Notes: generated by a model from the sequence alone, not told the origin. A DNA stretch of 64,000 nucleotides from an uncultured Rikenellaceae bacterium (GCA_964639725.1 CAZXFB010000020.1:2384-66383), one strand, 5' to 3'; numbered from the stretch's first letter, positions 46,863 through 58,437 are shown. Translations and numbers: made by a program.

Positions 46863-47591
46863 TCAGATTATATTTCTTTCTTTCTTAATCTTCTCATAGG
46901 CTTCGTTAACTTTTTTGAATTTTTCTTCAGCAGATTTTTTGAAATCGTCGCCGAGGTGGCTTACTTTATCAGGGTGGTACTTCATGGCCATTCTCCGGTA
47001 TGCTTTCTTAAGTTCATCATTTGATGAGGAAGGATCTATCTCCAGAATCTTATAAGAAGAGTCCGTTTCAGGGATGAACATATTCTTCAGTGAGAGATAA
47101 TCAGATGATGCAACACCAAGGTACCTGTAGATACGTTCAATAACTTCAATCTCTGAAGGATGAAGCTTTCCATCAGAAATTGAAACATTAAATAAAAGGT
47201 GCAATAACTGAAGACGCGATGAGTAGTCCATGTTCCTCTCAATCTGTTCACAAACATCCTGTAAAGGAATATCCTTTTTAAGAAGGTCTTTAAGCAAAAT
47301 GAGTGCTTCCCTTGCACTCTCGTATCCAAACTGCCTGTTAAAAAACTGTTTGACATAGTCGAGTTCTGATTTTACAACCTTCCCATCAGCTTTCATCACC
47401 GCAGCTATTAGCACTAACAGGCTAACACCAAAAGCACCTGGGGTGGTATGCTTTTCAACTGAAGTATAGGAAGATGACTGGGAGGTTGTACTATCAACCA
47501 TTGAACCGACCAGAAATCCCAGAAGGCCACCTATCGGTCCACCCATTACCCAACCTAGCCCTCCTCCTATTAATTTGCCAAAATTTCCCAT
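46863..47591 (-). CDS. TerB-like domain + C-terminal J-domain co-chaperone (DjlA-like)
   Basis: Gly-rich membrane N-terminus. The C-terminal J-domain reads [30 protein letters not shown]. Confidence 0.7.
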   Translation of the reverse strand: MGNFGKLIGGGLGWVMGGPIGGLLGFLVGSMVDSTTSQSSSYTSVEKHTTPGAFGVSLLVLIAAVMKADGKVVKSELDYVKQFFNRQFGYESAREALILLKDLLKKDIPLQDVCEQIERNMDYSSRLQLLHLLFNVSISDGKLHPSEIEVIERIYRYLGVASSDYLSLKNMFIPETDSSYKILEIDPSSSNDELKKAYRRMAMKYHPDKVSHLGDDFKKSAEEKFKKVNEAYEKIKKERNII

Positions 47592-47592
47592 G

Positions 47593-48186
47593 TTAAGAAG
47601 CCATATTTAAATGATCCAGAATATCTTCATGAATCGTCAGAATAGCTGGAATTATCATGTCGTTCTCAGAATTCGGTATCACATAATCTGACAATTTAAT
47701 TCTTAGTTCATCCCCGATCTGGTTACGGATTCTATCCATTACCTGAGTCCTTGTCAGTTTATTCCTTTTAATTACTCTTTCAACCCTTTCCTCAACCGGA
47801 GCAATAACTGTAACAATCTTGTCTACAAGTTTTGAGGCTCCACTTTCAAAGAGAATAGCTGCTTCCATAATCACATAAGGAGAATTCTGATCAGCGGCCC
47901 ATCTTTTAAAATAGTCAAAAACAACAGGATGTACAAGAGAATTAATTTTTTCCAGGAGTGTCCGGTCATTAAAGATTAATGAGGCAAGCTTCACCCGGTC
48001 AAGCAATCCATCATGGTAAAGATTGATTCCGGCAATGGAACTAATACCTCTGATAATATCTTCATTTGTATCCATAATTCTGCTTGCCTCAGGATCAGCA
48101 GAAAAAACTGGTATGCCTAGTACACTAAACACTCTGCAAACAGAAGTTTTACCACTTCCTATACCGCCTGTAACTCCAAGCTTCAT
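47593..48186 (-). CDS. coaE: Dephospho-CoA kinase
   Basis: The P-loop [11 protein letters not shown] lies at the N-terminus. The start is taken at MKLGVTGG (48186). Confidence 0.85.
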   Translation of the reverse strand: MKLGVTGGIGSGKTSVCRVFSVLGIPVFSADPEASRIMDTNEDIIRGISSIAGINLYHDGLLDRVKLASLIFNDRTLLEKINSLVHPVVFDYFKRWAADQNSPYVIMEAAILFESGASKLVDKIVTVIAPVEERVERVIKRNKLTRTQVMDRIRNQIGDELRIKLSDYVIPNSENDMIIPAILTIHEDILDHLNMAS

Positions 48187-48273
48187 AACAGAACTATTTA
48201 TTATACTCATTATTTGTCCAATTTATCTTCACTGAATAAAGTTTAGAAAAAAACTATCATTAGCTGAGGATAA

Positions 48274-48747
48274 TTATTTTAATACCGACTTTTCCAATGA
48301 AAAAAAAATTGTGTCGGGTTTTATAGAAATAATCTTGCATTCAGTTCTCATCTGTGTTGTAAAATTCTTAATCAGACCTGAAGTAACCAAATAATAGTCT
48401 GATCCCGGACTACCCTGAATTCTCTTATAATTTATTTTAGAAATATCAATTAACAGTGGCACAAAGTTCCCTGAGTGCTTCAACTTGAATATTGAGAACC
48501 CCGGGCCCTTGATGTTCAGGTTAATTTTTGAAGGAACCTGCTCAGTGAATATCCTGTCTTTGGGCAGGTTTATAAAACTTACCGGATACTTTAAATCAGC
48601 CTCCAATTCTTTTCCCAGGGCATTAAGGTACCAGAAAATGAATGAGAGAATAAGAAAGAAAGCAAAAACCAAAATACTGCGTCTGGATATACTTACTGCC
48701 TTCCCTGAGATTCTCTTTGAGTCAATTTCAGCTTCTCCTTTCACCAT
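48274..48747 (-). CDS. YbbR-like domain membrane protein
   Basis: A single N-terminal TM followed by a beta-rich domain. The assignment is tentative. Confidence 0.4.
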   Translation of the reverse strand: MVKGEAEIDSKRISGKAVSISRRSILVFAFFLILSFIFWYLNALGKELEADLKYPVSFINLPKDRIFTEQVPSKINLNIKGPGFSIFKLKHSGNFVPLLIDISKINYKRIQGSPGSDYYLVTSGLIKNFTTQMRTECKIISIKPDTIFFSLEKSVLK

Positions 48748-48770
48748 TGGCTATTTAAAGTGCACTAAAA

Positions 48771-49097
48771 CTATTCGCTATCAGAAGATGGATCCTTAAT
48801 TAAAGCACTTTTATCGACTTTAAGTTTAATATCTCCACCAGCTTCCATCATAATATAGTTCTCTTTTACTTCATAAACTCTACCATAAATTCCACCGGTA
48901 GTTATTACCTTATCTCCTCTTTTCAGTGAGTTCCTGTAATTAGTCATCTCTTTCTGTTTCTTCATCTGAGGTCTTATCATAAAGAAATAAAATACCACAA
49001 ATACAAGGATTAGAGGCAGGAATGTCACAAGAGGATTACTCTGGCCAGCTGCTCCGGCAGGTTGGCCCATTAAAAACAAATAAGCAAAATTGGTCAT
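48771..49097 (-). CDS. yajC: Preprotein translocase subunit YajC
   Basis: FFMIRPQMKKQKE...GDKVITTGGIYGRV is the YajC signature. Confidence 0.8.
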   Translation of the reverse strand: MTNFAYLFLMGQPAGAAGQSNPLVTFLPLILVFVVFYFFMIRPQMKKQKEMTNYRNSLKRGDKVITTGGIYGRVYEVKENYIMMEAGGDIKLKVDKSALIKDPSSDSE

Positions 49098-49108
49098 CGT
49101 TTCAAGTT

Positions 49109-49558
49109 TTAATTATTATTACTGGTTAATATTTCGGCTGTTATCTTTAACAGGACTACAGGTTTTGAAGCGTTTGATTTTACAGTTATAGTTTTAGTCT
49201 GCCTGCCATTTTTACCGGATGAATCAAATAAAACTTCAATATTTCCGCTCGCACCGGGAAAAATCGGTTTGGTATCATACTCAGGAATCGTGCATCCGCA
49301 ACTTGTTGTTACAGAAGATATTACAAGTCTTCCTGTACCCCGGTTTAAAAAAGTAAAAATATATGATACTTTTTCATCTTCAGCAACTTTACCAAAATCA
49401 TGTTCATACTCTTTGAAGGCAATAACAGCTTTTCCTGTATCAGAAGATGTCAATGAAGTTTTGTTCAAATCCTTATGAGAAGCATTGCCACACTTTGGGA
49501 AGATTAAAACAGTTAAAAGAAATAATGATATTACCCCTATCTTATTCATAAAAATCAA
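49109..49558 (-). CDS. DUF1573 domain protein
   Basis: HDFGKV...F.F.N.G...L.I..V.TSCGCT is the pattern typical of DUF1573. Confidence 0.65.
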   Translation of the reverse strand: MIFMNKIGVISLFLLTVLIFPKCGNASHKDLNKTSLTSSDTGKAVIAFKEYEHDFGKVAEDEKVSYIFTFLNRGTGRLVISSVTTSCGCTIPEYDTKPIFPGASGNIEVLFDSSGKNGRQTKTITVKSNASKPVVLLKITAEILTSNNN

Positions 49559-49567
49559 AACAATAAT

Positions 49568-50536
49568 CTATTCTGGTTTTTCTGTTAATATTTCGCCAAC
49601 CAGTCCCCTGCCGGTTTTATTAAAATCGCCTGTCTCCCTTATCTCTTTGACTATATTATCTAAAATTCCGTTCACAAATGTACTGCTTTTTGAAGTACAA
49701 TAGTATTTGGCAATCTCAATGTATTCATTAAGAGTAACCTTTACAGGTATCTCAGGAAACTCAAGTATTTCAGTTATTGCAAGTTGCATCACCAGGATAT
49801 CCATAAGTGCAATCCTTTCCACCTCCCAGTTTGTAGTATTTTTATCGATAAGTTCCGAGCACTTTTTTGAATGTATTATTGCTTTACGGAATAACATTTT
49901 AACAAAATCCTCATCCTCCTGGTTTTTAAATAATGGCATAAGTGCTATATTCTCACCTGAATCTGATTTAAATTTCTTAATGGTTTTTTCAATCATGGCT
50001 GTAACATATTCCATGTCGTCATTCCAATATATACTTTGTTCCTCAAGATTCGAATTAAGGTCTTCCGAATTTGCAAATAATCCGGTAATAAGTCTTATAA
50101 TGAATTTTTTATCGGAAGAGTAATTACTCTCTTCTGATTGCATATATTCTTCATACACTTCCCAAGCTATCATCTTATTATAAATGATTCTGGGAAGATG
50201 CGGGTAGTTTGCCCATGAAAGTTTTTTAGAAGACAGATAGTTAAGAAATGAAAGGTTTTTTCGCAGCTGTGCTATGACTAAATTATCAACGAAACGTCTT
50301 TTGGGATTAAGGTCTTCGGGGGCCGGCATTCTCTTTTGAAGGCCCTGGTCAATTTTTTCACTGGCAATATCAGCAACTTCAATTATAAGAAGCATCAGAT
50401 AATGATATAAATCGAAAGTTTTCCCGATACTGAACATAAGTTCTGTTTCAGCCTGGGCTATAGTGTCATCCTCTCTGCGGTTAAAAGCATAAAGAGCCAG
50501 TAGGGCTTTTATCCGTAATAATCTTCTGCTTATCAT
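49568..50536 (-). CDS. nusB: Transcription antitermination factor NusB (long Bacteroidota form)
   Basis: N-terminal RRLLRIKALLALY and C-terminal NEYIEIAKYY..FVNGILD are NusB motifs. Confidence 0.75.
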   Translation of the reverse strand: MISRRLLRIKALLALYAFNRREDDTIAQAETELMFSIGKTFDLYHYLMLLIIEVADIASEKIDQGLQKRMPAPEDLNPKRRFVDNLVIAQLRKNLSFLNYLSSKKLSWANYPHLPRIIYNKMIAWEVYEEYMQSEESNYSSDKKFIIRLITGLFANSEDLNSNLEEQSIYWNDDMEYVTAMIEKTIKKFKSDSGENIALMPLFKNQEDEDFVKMLFRKAIIHSKKCSELIDKNTTNWEVERIALMDILVMQLAITEILEFPEIPVKVTLNEYIEIAKYYCTSKSSTFVNGILDNIVKEIRETGDFNKTGRGLVGEILTEKPE

Positions 50537-50700
50537 TTATAAAGAACCTCAAATTTCCGTTGCAAAAATACTCTTTTTCCCTTATCATCAAAATAAGAAT
50601 GCAAATTATAACCACAATTTTATACCCATATTTTGATTTGATAAAATATTTGTTACATTTGACAATACAAAATAAATCCCTAACACTAACTGACTTAGAA

Positions 50701-51102
50701 ATGGAAGAAGAAGAAGCCGGAATTAAAGAAGTTGTAAACGGGCATGATGAAAGGATTGTAAAGGAGGAGATTTTCACCAAGGTTGTACGGGCCGGGAAAA
50801 GAACCTATTTTTTCGATGTCAAATCTACACGTAAGGAGGATTATTATCTGACTATAACTGAAAGCAAGAAGCGTTTAGGTAAGGAAGGTAAGATCTTCTA
50901 TGAAAAACATAAGATCTTTCTGTATAAAGAAGATTTTGAAAAATTTACTGAAGGATTAAGAGATGCGGTAACCTATATTGATTTTGGAAAAAACGAGTTA
51001 AGATCACCTGAACTTTCTGAAATTGAAACCATCCAGGAGGGTAGTGTTCTTTCAGCCCAGGAGTTTTCAAACATTGAATTTGATGACCTTGGAAAAAAGT
51101 AA
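50701..51102 (+). CDS. PUR-alpha-like nucleic-acid-binding protein (DUF3276)
   Basis: RAGKRTYFFDVKSTRKEDYYLTITESKK is present. The start is taken at ATG 50701, because the upstream part of the ORF lies in the promoter region. Confidence 0.65.
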   Translation: MEEEEAGIKEVVNGHDERIVKEEIFTKVVRAGKRTYFFDVKSTRKEDYYLTITESKKRLGKEGKIFYEKHKIFLYKEDFEKFTEGLRDAVTYIDFGKNELRSPELSEIETIQEGSVLSAQEFSNIEFDDLGKK

Positions 51103-51142
51103 GTAACCCTGCTCAGAATTGAATTTCTAAGAATTCTTTTAA

Positions 51143-51622
51143 ATGTATGACTACTTTTTCCTTATTTTAGGGATCATCCTTATGATACTTGGCATTATAG
51201 GTTGTCTGGTTCCTGTTCTGCCCGGCCCACCCCTGAGTTTTCTTGGTATAATATTGCTTCACATCACCAGATTCGGACACTTTTCCAAAACTACACTAAT
51301 AATACTTGCTGGAATAGCAGTTGTCGTTACAATTATGGATTTTATTGTTCCGGTTTGGGGGACAAAAAAATTTGGTGGTTCCAAATATGGTATCAGGGGA
51401 GCTACTGTTGGCTTGATTGCAGGACTGTTTTTCGGACCGATAGGTATTATAATAGGCCCTTTGATTGGTGCATTTGTTGGGGAGATGTTATTTAAAGACG
51501 ATATGAACTATGCTTTGAAAGCTGGTTTCGGAAGCCTGTTAGGTTTTCTTACAGGTATCGGATTGAAACTTGCAGCATCTTTAATAATGGCATTCTACTT
51601 TGTAAAAGAGTGGATAAACTGA
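51143..51622 (+). CDS. DUF456 family membrane protein
   Basis: Four TM helices, an LPGPPLSF motif and Gly-rich helices. Confidence 0.6.
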   Translation: MYDYFFLILGIILMILGIIGCLVPVLPGPPLSFLGIILLHITRFGHFSKTTLIILAGIAVVVTIMDFIVPVWGTKKFGGSKYGIRGATVGLIAGLFFGPIGIIIGPLIGAFVGEMLFKDDMNYALKAGFGSLLGFLTGIGLKLAASLIMAFYFVKEWIN

Positions 51623-51735
51623 AACAGAGGGTACATTGTAAGAAAGCTGGATAATATAATACATGAACCGGTTTATAATAAGATCTTAGAAGAAACATTT
51701 TATCCTAAACACCCTTTGCTCCCCGTCTCAGGTAT

Positions 51736-52737
51736 TCATTTACCGAGTGTTGCAACCATAACCGCTTTAATTGTGTGCAACCTGTTTTCTGCTTCTTCAA
51801 ATACGATTGAATGTTTTGATTCAAACACATCCTCAGTTACTTCCATTCCACTAAGGCCAAATTTAAGGAAGATATCCTCCCCAACTTTCGTCTCCCTGTT
51901 ATGAAATGCCGGAAGGCAATGCAGAAACTTAACATTTGGATTACCAGTCATTTTAAGTACTGACATATTTACCTGGTACGCTCTTAAATGCTTAATCCTC
52001 TCCTCCCAAACAGATTCAGGTTCTCCCATCGATACCCAAACGTCGGTATAAAGAAAATCAGCATCTTTTACTGCAACTTCAACACTATCGGTGATAGTAA
52101 TTCTGGCACCGGTCTCCTTTGCAATAGCCCGGCATTTGTCTACCAGCTCTTCTGAAGGCTGATAAATCGCCGGAGCTGCAATACGGAAATCAATTCCCAT
52201 TTTAGCAGAACCTACCATAAGCGAATTCCCCATATTATAACGTGCATCACCAAGGTAGCAGAATCTCATCTTATCCAAAGGTTTATCAGAGTTCTCAATC
52301 ATTGTAAGAAAATCGGCCAATATCTGGGTGGGATGGAATTCGTTGGTAAGACCGTTCCAAACAGGGACCCCGGCATATCTGGCAAGTTCTTCAACTATCT
52401 CCTGACCGAAACCACGATATTCTATTCCATCATACATTCCTCCAAGTACCCTGGCGGTATCCTTCATTGATTCCTTCTGGCCTATCTGCGATCCGGTAGG
52501 TCCCAGATATGTTACATGAGCTCCCTGATCATAAGCTGCTACTTCAAAAGCACAACGTGTTCTTGTTGATGCTTTTTCAAATATCAGAGCAATGTTTCTG
52601 CCTTTCAGTTTCTGCTGTTCGGTTCCATTTTTCTTTGCCTTCTTCAGATCAGCTGAAAGATCTAAAAGATATTTTATCTCCTCTGGGGTAAAATCCAGAA
52701 GCTTAAGAAAATGCTTGTTATGAAGGTTAATGGACAT
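51736..52737 (-). CDS. argF: Ornithine carbamoyltransferase
   Basis: STRTRCAFE (carbamoyl-phosphate site), DVWVSMGE and HCLPAFH motifs are present. Confidence 0.85.
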   Translation of the reverse strand: MSINLHNKHFLKLLDFTPEEIKYLLDLSADLKKAKKNGTEQQKLKGRNIALIFEKASTRTRCAFEVAAYDQGAHVTYLGPTGSQIGQKESMKDTARVLGGMYDGIEYRGFGQEIVEELARYAGVPVWNGLTNEFHPTQILADFLTMIENSDKPLDKMRFCYLGDARYNMGNSLMVGSAKMGIDFRIAAPAIYQPSEELVDKCRAIAKETGARITITDSVEVAVKDADFLYTDVWVSMGEPESVWEERIKHLRAYQVNMSVLKMTGNPNVKFLHCLPAFHNRETKVGEDIFLKFGLSGMEVTEDVFESKHSIVFEEAENRLHTIKAVMVATLGK

Positions 52738-53088
52738 ATTTCTTATATTTTAAGTGCTCAAGGGACCTGTATTCAAAGGTTGAAAATATCGGACAAATAT
52801 AATAATTAATTTATTTCAGTTGCTTAAGCAGAGCTCAAGTCAATGCCAGATGCATGAATATTTAACAGATAATCATAAATATAATAACCTGATAGAAATT
52901 AATAAGATTCAATATTTATAAAGATTTTAAGATCAGGGCATTTCACAAATATTTTCACTCAAGATAAGAGGAAGTCCATTCATAGAGGTGACAGCACAAT
53001 TGACTATTAAAGTGAACTAAATTGCTGGTTAAGGAATTGAAATAAAAAAAAAATATTACATTTACATAATTCAAAATTCCATATATAA

Positions 53089-53775
53089 GTGAGATATAGG
53101 ATCAGTTTAGTTATTTTAATATTTTTTGCATTGTCCAGTTACTCCTGCAAAGAAAAGGGAGGCAAGTTCATAGACCAGGGTGAGATTCATTATACTATTG
53201 ATTATTTAGGTAATCTTGGTCCTGTACCAAGAGAGATTATGCCAAAAAATCTTATTGTTTCTTTTAAAAAGAATAAGATTCTTTTCGAGATCAGCTCCCC
53301 ATTTGGTGATTCCGGTATTCTCAACCTGGCTAATCCTGAGGAGGGTATTTTTGATACCTACTTCAGTATGTTCACAATGCGATATTATTATGCTGCCAAG
53401 TCTGGAGAACAGCATCCAGGTTTTGAGAGTATGGAAGGAATGGAGATTAAAAAAACCTCAAGGACATCTGTTATTTGTGGATTCAATTGTAAAAATGCAG
53501 AGGTAACCTTTCCATCCGACAGAAATAAAGTTTATAATATCTGGTACACCAACGAAATAAATATAAAAAATCCTAATATGTCTACTCCTTTCAGCCAGAT
53601 AGATGGTGTGCTGATGAGCTTTTTCTTTTTTATGGGTAAAACAGAACTGCACTTTAATGCTGAAACAGTCTATAAAAAAGAGATTCCTGAAAATACATTT
53701 GAAAGAAGACAAACTTACACAAGAGTAACCAGAGAACAGATCAACTCTCTTATCGGTAAAATGATAAGCATATAG
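53089..53775 (+). CDS. Hypothetical lipoprotein (GTG start)
   Basis: The signal plus lipobox is ..ALSSYSC. No family was recognised. Confidence 0.4.
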   Translation: MRYRISLVILIFFALSSYSCKEKGGKFIDQGEIHYTIDYLGNLGPVPREIMPKNLIVSFKKNKILFEISSPFGDSGILNLANPEEGIFDTYFSMFTMRYYYAAKSGEQHPGFESMEGMEIKKTSRTSVICGFNCKNAEVTFPSDRNKVYNIWYTNEINIKNPNMSTPFSQIDGVLMSFFFFMGKTELHFNAETVYKKEIPENTFERRQTYTRVTREQINSLIGKMISI

Positions 53776-53935
53776 TGTTAATGGTGGGTAAGTGCTCTCA
53801 AAACAGGGTAAAAAAATCATAGCAAAATTATATCTGATCTTAAGGGTAGTTCAAATTTATTACCTTTGGATTACGTTTTTATAAGATATATGGTATTATA
53901 CAACCGATTTTAAGTCTGATGAAATTTTTGAAGAA

Positions 53936-56395
53936 ATGTCTAAAGAGAAGGAAGAAAACAGCAAGAAAACCATAAAAAATGCAAAGGTTTCTGACAAATC
54001 AAAATCCTTTTTTTCTGATGAAAGAATAAAATTTGTATTCGGTATATTCATCTCTGGTTTTGCATTATACCTTCTACTTGCTTGTGTCTCATACCTGTTC
54101 TGGTGGAAAACTGATCTGAGCCTTCCTGGTAAAGATGTAATATCAGGGCCAGAAATTGCTGTAAAAAACTGGGCCGGTAAAAGCGGATTCTGGCTGGCTG
54201 ATATGATAATTGGATTCGGATTCGGATATGGTGCTTTTTTTCTTCCTTTTATCTTCGGATCAATTGGTCTTTATCTTCTTAATTTTCCTAAAATAAGGCT
54301 TTGGAGCCTTATCACTAAATTTACTTTTGCAGCTATAATACTCTCTTTTATTTTAGGTTATATTTTTGGTGAGGCCGGAGGATATTTAAGAAGCGGACCT
54401 GGCGGAGCACAGGGATATATTGTAACCAGATGGTTAAACGCTTTTATGGGGATGATAGGGACCGGGGTTTTACTTGTTTTTGTGACAATCTCCTATCTCA
54501 TATTCGCTTTGAAGTTCAAACCTGAATCTTTTGGAATCAGATTACCGGAATTCATGAAGTTTAAAAAACCAAAATCAGAAGCAGACTCATCTACAGAGAC
54601 GCTTGCTGCGAATGAGGATATAGACGGGAACGAGAATGAAAATGATGATTTAGCAGTGGCTGGCCTGAATGAGATTGAGCAACCGATGGAGTTTATTGTC
54701 AGGAACACCAATAGTGAAAAAGATTCATATGATTTTGAAAAGGAGCCAGTTGCAGCGGCAAGGGGTTCAATTATTCATGACTTTGAAAATGAAAATGAGG
54801 AGGTGGTACAACAGAGTGACAGCGTACCTCTGAATATAACAAGACCTGAGGTAAACGATATTCTTTCTGATGAAGAGGTTGAAGAGATAATGGGAGACTA
54901 TGATCCGCGTCTCGACCTGTCACGCTACAAATTTCCACCAGTATCAATTCTTAAAGAGCATAAATCAGAAACTGCCTTTGATAATACTGAAGTATTTGAG
55001 AATAAAGAAAATATTATTAAAACTCTCGGGGACCATAAGATTGCTATTAAAAGTATAGCAGCAACAGTAGGACCAACAGTTACTCTTTATGAGATTGTTC
55101 CTGAGCGTGGAGTAAGGCTTGCCCGTATCAAGTCGCTTGAAGATGACATTGCACTTAACCTTTCAGCTCTGGGAATCAGAATAATTGCTCCTATTCCTGG
55201 AAGAGGAACCGTTGGTATTGAGGTTCCAAATAAAAAGCCGGAGATGGTTTCCATGAGGTCGCTTATCACTTCAAAAGCTTTTCAGGAGACAAAGTTTGAT
55301 ATAGCCCTTGCTCTTGGACGCACTATTACCAACGAACCCTATATAATTGATCTTACTAAAATGCCTCATCTCCTTGTTGCAGGAGCTACGGGACAGGGCA
55401 AATCCGTTGGAATAAATGCAATTATTACTTCGATACTTTACAAAAAGCACCCCTCAGAAGTTAAGTTTGTACTTATTGATCCTAAACGGGTGGAGCTTCC
55501 ACTTTATATGAAGATAGAACGGCATTTTCTGGCTAAGCTACCTGGTGAAGAAGATGCTATAATAACGGATACTCAAAAAGTTATTAATACACTTAACTCT
55601 TTATGCATTGAGATGGACAACAGACTGGAACTGTTGAAAGCAGCACAGTCGCGTAATATAAAAGAGTATAATGAAAAGTTCATCTCAAGAAAACTAAATC
55701 CGGAAAAGGGTCATAAATATCTACCATACATCGTACTTATTATTGATGAGTTCGCTGATCTTATTATGACTGCTGGACGGGAAATAGAAGGTCCTATTGG
55801 AAGACTGGCCCAGCTTGCAAGAGCAATCGGAATACATCTTATAATATCAACTCAGCGTCCGTCAGCTAATATCATAACTGGATTTATTAAGGCTAACTTT
55901 CCGACACGTATTGCTTTCAGAGTATTTTCATCGATCGATTCAAGAACGATACTTGATGCTACAGGGGCTGACAGACTGGTTGGCCGTGGCGATATGCTTG
56001 TATCCTCAGGAAACGAACCTGTCAGGGTACAGTGCGCTTTTATCGATACTCCTGAAATTGAAGAACTAACTGAATTTATTGGTTCACAGCAAGGATACCC
56101 CGATGCAATGCATCTCCCTGAATATATAGATGACAGTGAAAGTGGTGTTGCTGATATAGATCTCAAAAAAAGAGATTCAATGTTCGATGAGGCTGCCCGG
56201 CTTGTAGTGCAGCACCAACAGGGATCCACCTCTCTTATACAAAGAAAACTATCAATAGGCTACAACAGGGCAGGAAGGATAATTGACCAGCTTGAAGCAG
56301 CCGGAATTGTGGGTACCTTTGAGGGAAGTAAAGCAAGGGATGTTCTTTGCTCCGACTTTATTGCTTTGGAACAGATTTTGAAGCGTCTTGAATAA
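53936..56395 (+). CDS. ftsK: DNA translocase FtsK
   Basis: N-terminal TM helices, an acidic linker, Walker A GATGQGKS, Walker B LIIDEFADL, and a C-terminal gamma winged-helix (LIQRKLSIGYNRAGRIIDQLE). Confidence 0.9.
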   Translation: MSKEKEENSKKTIKNAKVSDKSKSFFSDERIKFVFGIFISGFALYLLLACVSYLFWWKTDLSLPGKDVISGPEIAVKNWAGKSGFWLADMIIGFGFGYGAFFLPFIFGSIGLYLLNFPKIRLWSLITKFTFAAIILSFILGYIFGEAGGYLRSGPGGAQGYIVTRWLNAFMGMIGTGVLLVFVTISYLIFALKFKPESFGIRLPEFMKFKKPKSEADSSTETLAANEDIDGNENENDDLAVAGLNEIEQPMEFIVRNTNSEKDSYDFEKEPVAAARGSIIHDFENENEEVVQQSDSVPLNITRPEVNDILSDEEVEEIMGDYDPRLDLSRYKFPPVSILKEHKSETAFDNTEVFENKENIIKTLGDHKIAIKSIAATVGPTVTLYEIVPERGVRLARIKSLEDDIALNLSALGIRIIAPIPGRGTVGIEVPNKKPEMVSMRSLITSKAFQETKFDIALALGRTITNEPYIIDLTKMPHLLVAGATGQGKSVGINAIITSILYKKHPSEVKFVLIDPKRVELPLYMKIERHFLAKLPGEEDAIITDTQKVINTLNSLCIEMDNRLELLKAAQSRNIKEYNEKFISRKLNPEKGHKYLPYIVLIIDEFADLIMTAGREIEGPIGRLAQLARAIGIHLIISTQRPSANIITGFIKANFPTRIAFRVFSSIDSRTILDATGADRLVGRGDMLVSSGNEPVRVQCAFIDTPEIEELTEFIGSQQGYPDAMHLPEYIDDSESGVADIDLKKRDSMFDEAARLVVQHQQGSTSLIQRKLSIGYNRAGRIIDQLEAAGIVGTFEGSKARDVLCSDFIALEQILKRLE

Positions 56396-56405
56396 AAGAG
56401 ACCGG

Positions 56406-57044
56406 ATGAAAATATTCAGACTTATTCTTACTGCATTTTTCTTCATTAACCTGAATGTATCAGGCCAAAATGACCGGGCAGCAATTGACATTCTTAATAA
56501 ATTTTCGTCAAATGCTCTTGGTGCCCCTTCAGTCACAATGAAGTTTGATCTTAAATCCTCCGACCTGGCAGAAAACAGAAATGATACTCTTTCAGGTTTC
56601 ATAACTATAAGTAATAATAAATATAAATTAGAGTTACCTGATAACATTATATGGTTCAATGGTGAAATATCGTGGAGTTATCTTCCTGCTGAAAAAGAAG
56701 TTACAATAACAAAACCTGACAGAAAAGATGATTCATTTCAAAGCAGGCCATCTGCCATCTTCTCTATGTATAAAAAGGGCTACAAATGCAGGCTCATTGA
56801 GGAAAAGAGTGAATCATATATTATTGATCTTTATCCCGAAGATCTTAAGAGTGATCTTATCAGGGTGAGGCTTTCTGTCTCCAAACCATTAATGAACCTA
56901 AAGAGTCTCGAGTATAAAAAAAGAGATGGATTAACTATTACACTTTCAGTTAAAGAATATAATCTGAAAACAAAACCCGAACCTGATTTTTTTACGTTTA
57001 ACCCTGACAAATTCAAGGGTATTGAAATTATTGATATCCGTTAG
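56406..57044 (+). CDS. LolA-like outer-membrane lipoprotein carrier family protein
   Basis: The signal peptide is MKIFRLILTAFFFINLNVSGQ. The position downstream of ftsK is typical of Bacteroidota. The start is taken at 56406. Confidence 0.6.
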   Translation: MKIFRLILTAFFFINLNVSGQNDRAAIDILNKFSSNALGAPSVTMKFDLKSSDLAENRNDTLSGFITISNNKYKLELPDNIIWFNGEISWSYLPAEKEVTITKPDRKDDSFQSRPSAIFSMYKKGYKCRLIEEKSESYIIDLYPEDLKSDLIRVRLSVSKPLMNLKSLEYKKRDGLTITLSVKEYNLKTKPEPDFFTFNPDKFKGIEIIDIR

Positions 57045-58437
57045 AATCCCTCCCGGGATAAGCTACCCTAGCATGGTAGATGTTAACTAATCGCTTAATA
57101 AATACATCTTTAATATCCGAAATATCTTTGAATGTCAGCGGAGCGCCTGAAAACTGATCGTCCATTTCCTGCAGATAGATTATCCTATCTACCAACTGCC
57201 TTATATTCTCTTCTGAGTAATTTACCAGACTTCTTGAAGATGCTTCAATCGCATCTGACATCATTACAATTGCTGTCTCTTTTGAAAAAGGTTTAGGTCC
57301 GGGATACATAAATTCATTTTTCATTTCAATTTTCTGTGGATTCTCATCAAGAAATTTTTTATAGAAAAAATAGGCAGTAGTTGTCCCATGGTGAGTTTTT
57401 ATGAAGTCAATTATCTGTACAGGGAGCTTGTAAGACCGTGCCAGCTCTAATCCTCGTGAAATATGATCTTTAATCATGCAGGCACTCGACAGAGAATCAA
57501 TATTAGAGTGGGGGCTTAATCCTTCTGAAAGATTTTCAATAAAATATTCTGGGTTAATAATTTTCCCGATATCATGGTATAAGGCTCCTGCTCTTACAAG
57601 AAGAGGGTTTGCTCCCACTTTTCTGGCTGCTTCTTCAGCAAGATTGGCAACTTGTAATGAATGCTGAAAGGAACCGGGAGCTTCTTCACTTAGTCTTCTT
57701 AAAAGCGGTTGGGTTGAATCTGACAACTCCATCAATGTGGAATCAGATAAAAAATAGAACTTTCTTTCAAATATTGAAATAACAGGATAACTAAGAAGAA
57801 TAAGAAAAGCGTTTCCAACAAACCATTTGAATTCTGACTGGAAAGTATTTTTAATGTTTTCTTCTTCCAACAGGTTAATACCCAAGAATATAATTGAATA
57901 TGTTATTATAACCATAAGGGATGAAAAAAGATATTTTGCCCGGCCATATGTATTTGTAAGAGAAAATATTGCAACTAATCCTGAAAGAAAAGTAAGGAAT
58001 ACAAATTCGAATGGTTCAGGAACCAGGAATCCTGCCAGCATTATTGTAATGAGAAGGATAAAAAGAGCCAGGCGTGCATCAAAAAATGTCCTTATTACAA
58101 TAGGAATTATTGTGAAAGGTATCAGATAAATACTCATCTCAGGTCTGTCAGAGACAATCCGGGTAATTAAAATAAAGGAAAACACAGTAATAAATATAAA
58201 CAGGGTTTTCCGCTTGACTTCAAGTACCTCCGGACGAAACTGATGCAAGAAAATATACAGGACAAGGTAGCATGAAGAAACCATAATAAGGTTTCCAAGA
58301 ATTATATATAAACTTTCATTTTCCTTATGATGGAATGAAGCAGTAACCGCTATTATACTCAACAGGAAGAAAACAAGATGATAAGGGTAATTTCTTCTTA
58401 TTTTACCATATTCTTCGGATCGAAATCTATAAGCCAT
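57028..58437 (-). CDS. 7TM-HD (HDIG) membrane phosphohydrolase, PgpH-like, lacking the usual large N-terminal extracellular domain
   Basis: Seven hydrophobic helices are followed by HSLQVANLAE..LYHDIGK..HH HD-domain motifs. The protein is only 469 aa. Confidence 0.75.
   Translation of the reverse strand: MAYRFRSEEYGKIRRNYPYHLVFFLLSIIAVTASFHHKENESLYIILGNLIMVSSCYLVLYIFLHQFRPEVLEVKRKTLFIFITVFSFILITRIVSDRPEMSIYLIPFTIIPIVIRTFFDARLALFILLITIMLAGFLVPEPFEFVFLTFLSGLVAIFSLTNTYGRAKYLFSSLMVIITYSIIFLGINLLEEENIKNTFQSEFKWFVGNAFLILLSYPVISIFERKFYFLSDSTLMELSDSTQPLLRRLSEEAPGSFQHSLQVANLAEEAARKVGANPLLVRAGALYHDIGKIINPEYFIENLSEGLSPHSNIDSLSSACMIKDHISRGLELARSYKLPVQIIDFIKTHHGTTTAYFFYKKFLDENPQKIEMKNEFMYPGPKPFSKETAIVMMSDAIEASSRSLVNYSEENIRQLVDRIIYLQEMDDQFSGAPLTFKDISDIKDVFIKRLVNIYHARVAYPGRDSNGYQ

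Noticed and set aside
50560-50700. An N-terminal 47-aa extension of the PUR-like protein.
   Set aside because: The extension is hydrophobic and AT-driven, and it lies in the divergent promoter region shared with nusB. The conserved DUF3276-like sequence begins after the ATG at 50701.
51736-52737. The carbamoyltransferase might be a putrescine carbamoyltransferase linked to the agmatinase at 45435-46271 (agmatine deiminase-type pathway).
   Set aside because: The genes are 5 kb apart on a housekeeping backbone, and no agmatine deiminase or carbamate kinase is present. The STRTR, SMG and HCLP motifs are compatible with ordinary OTC. The two enzymes cannot be told apart without an alignment.
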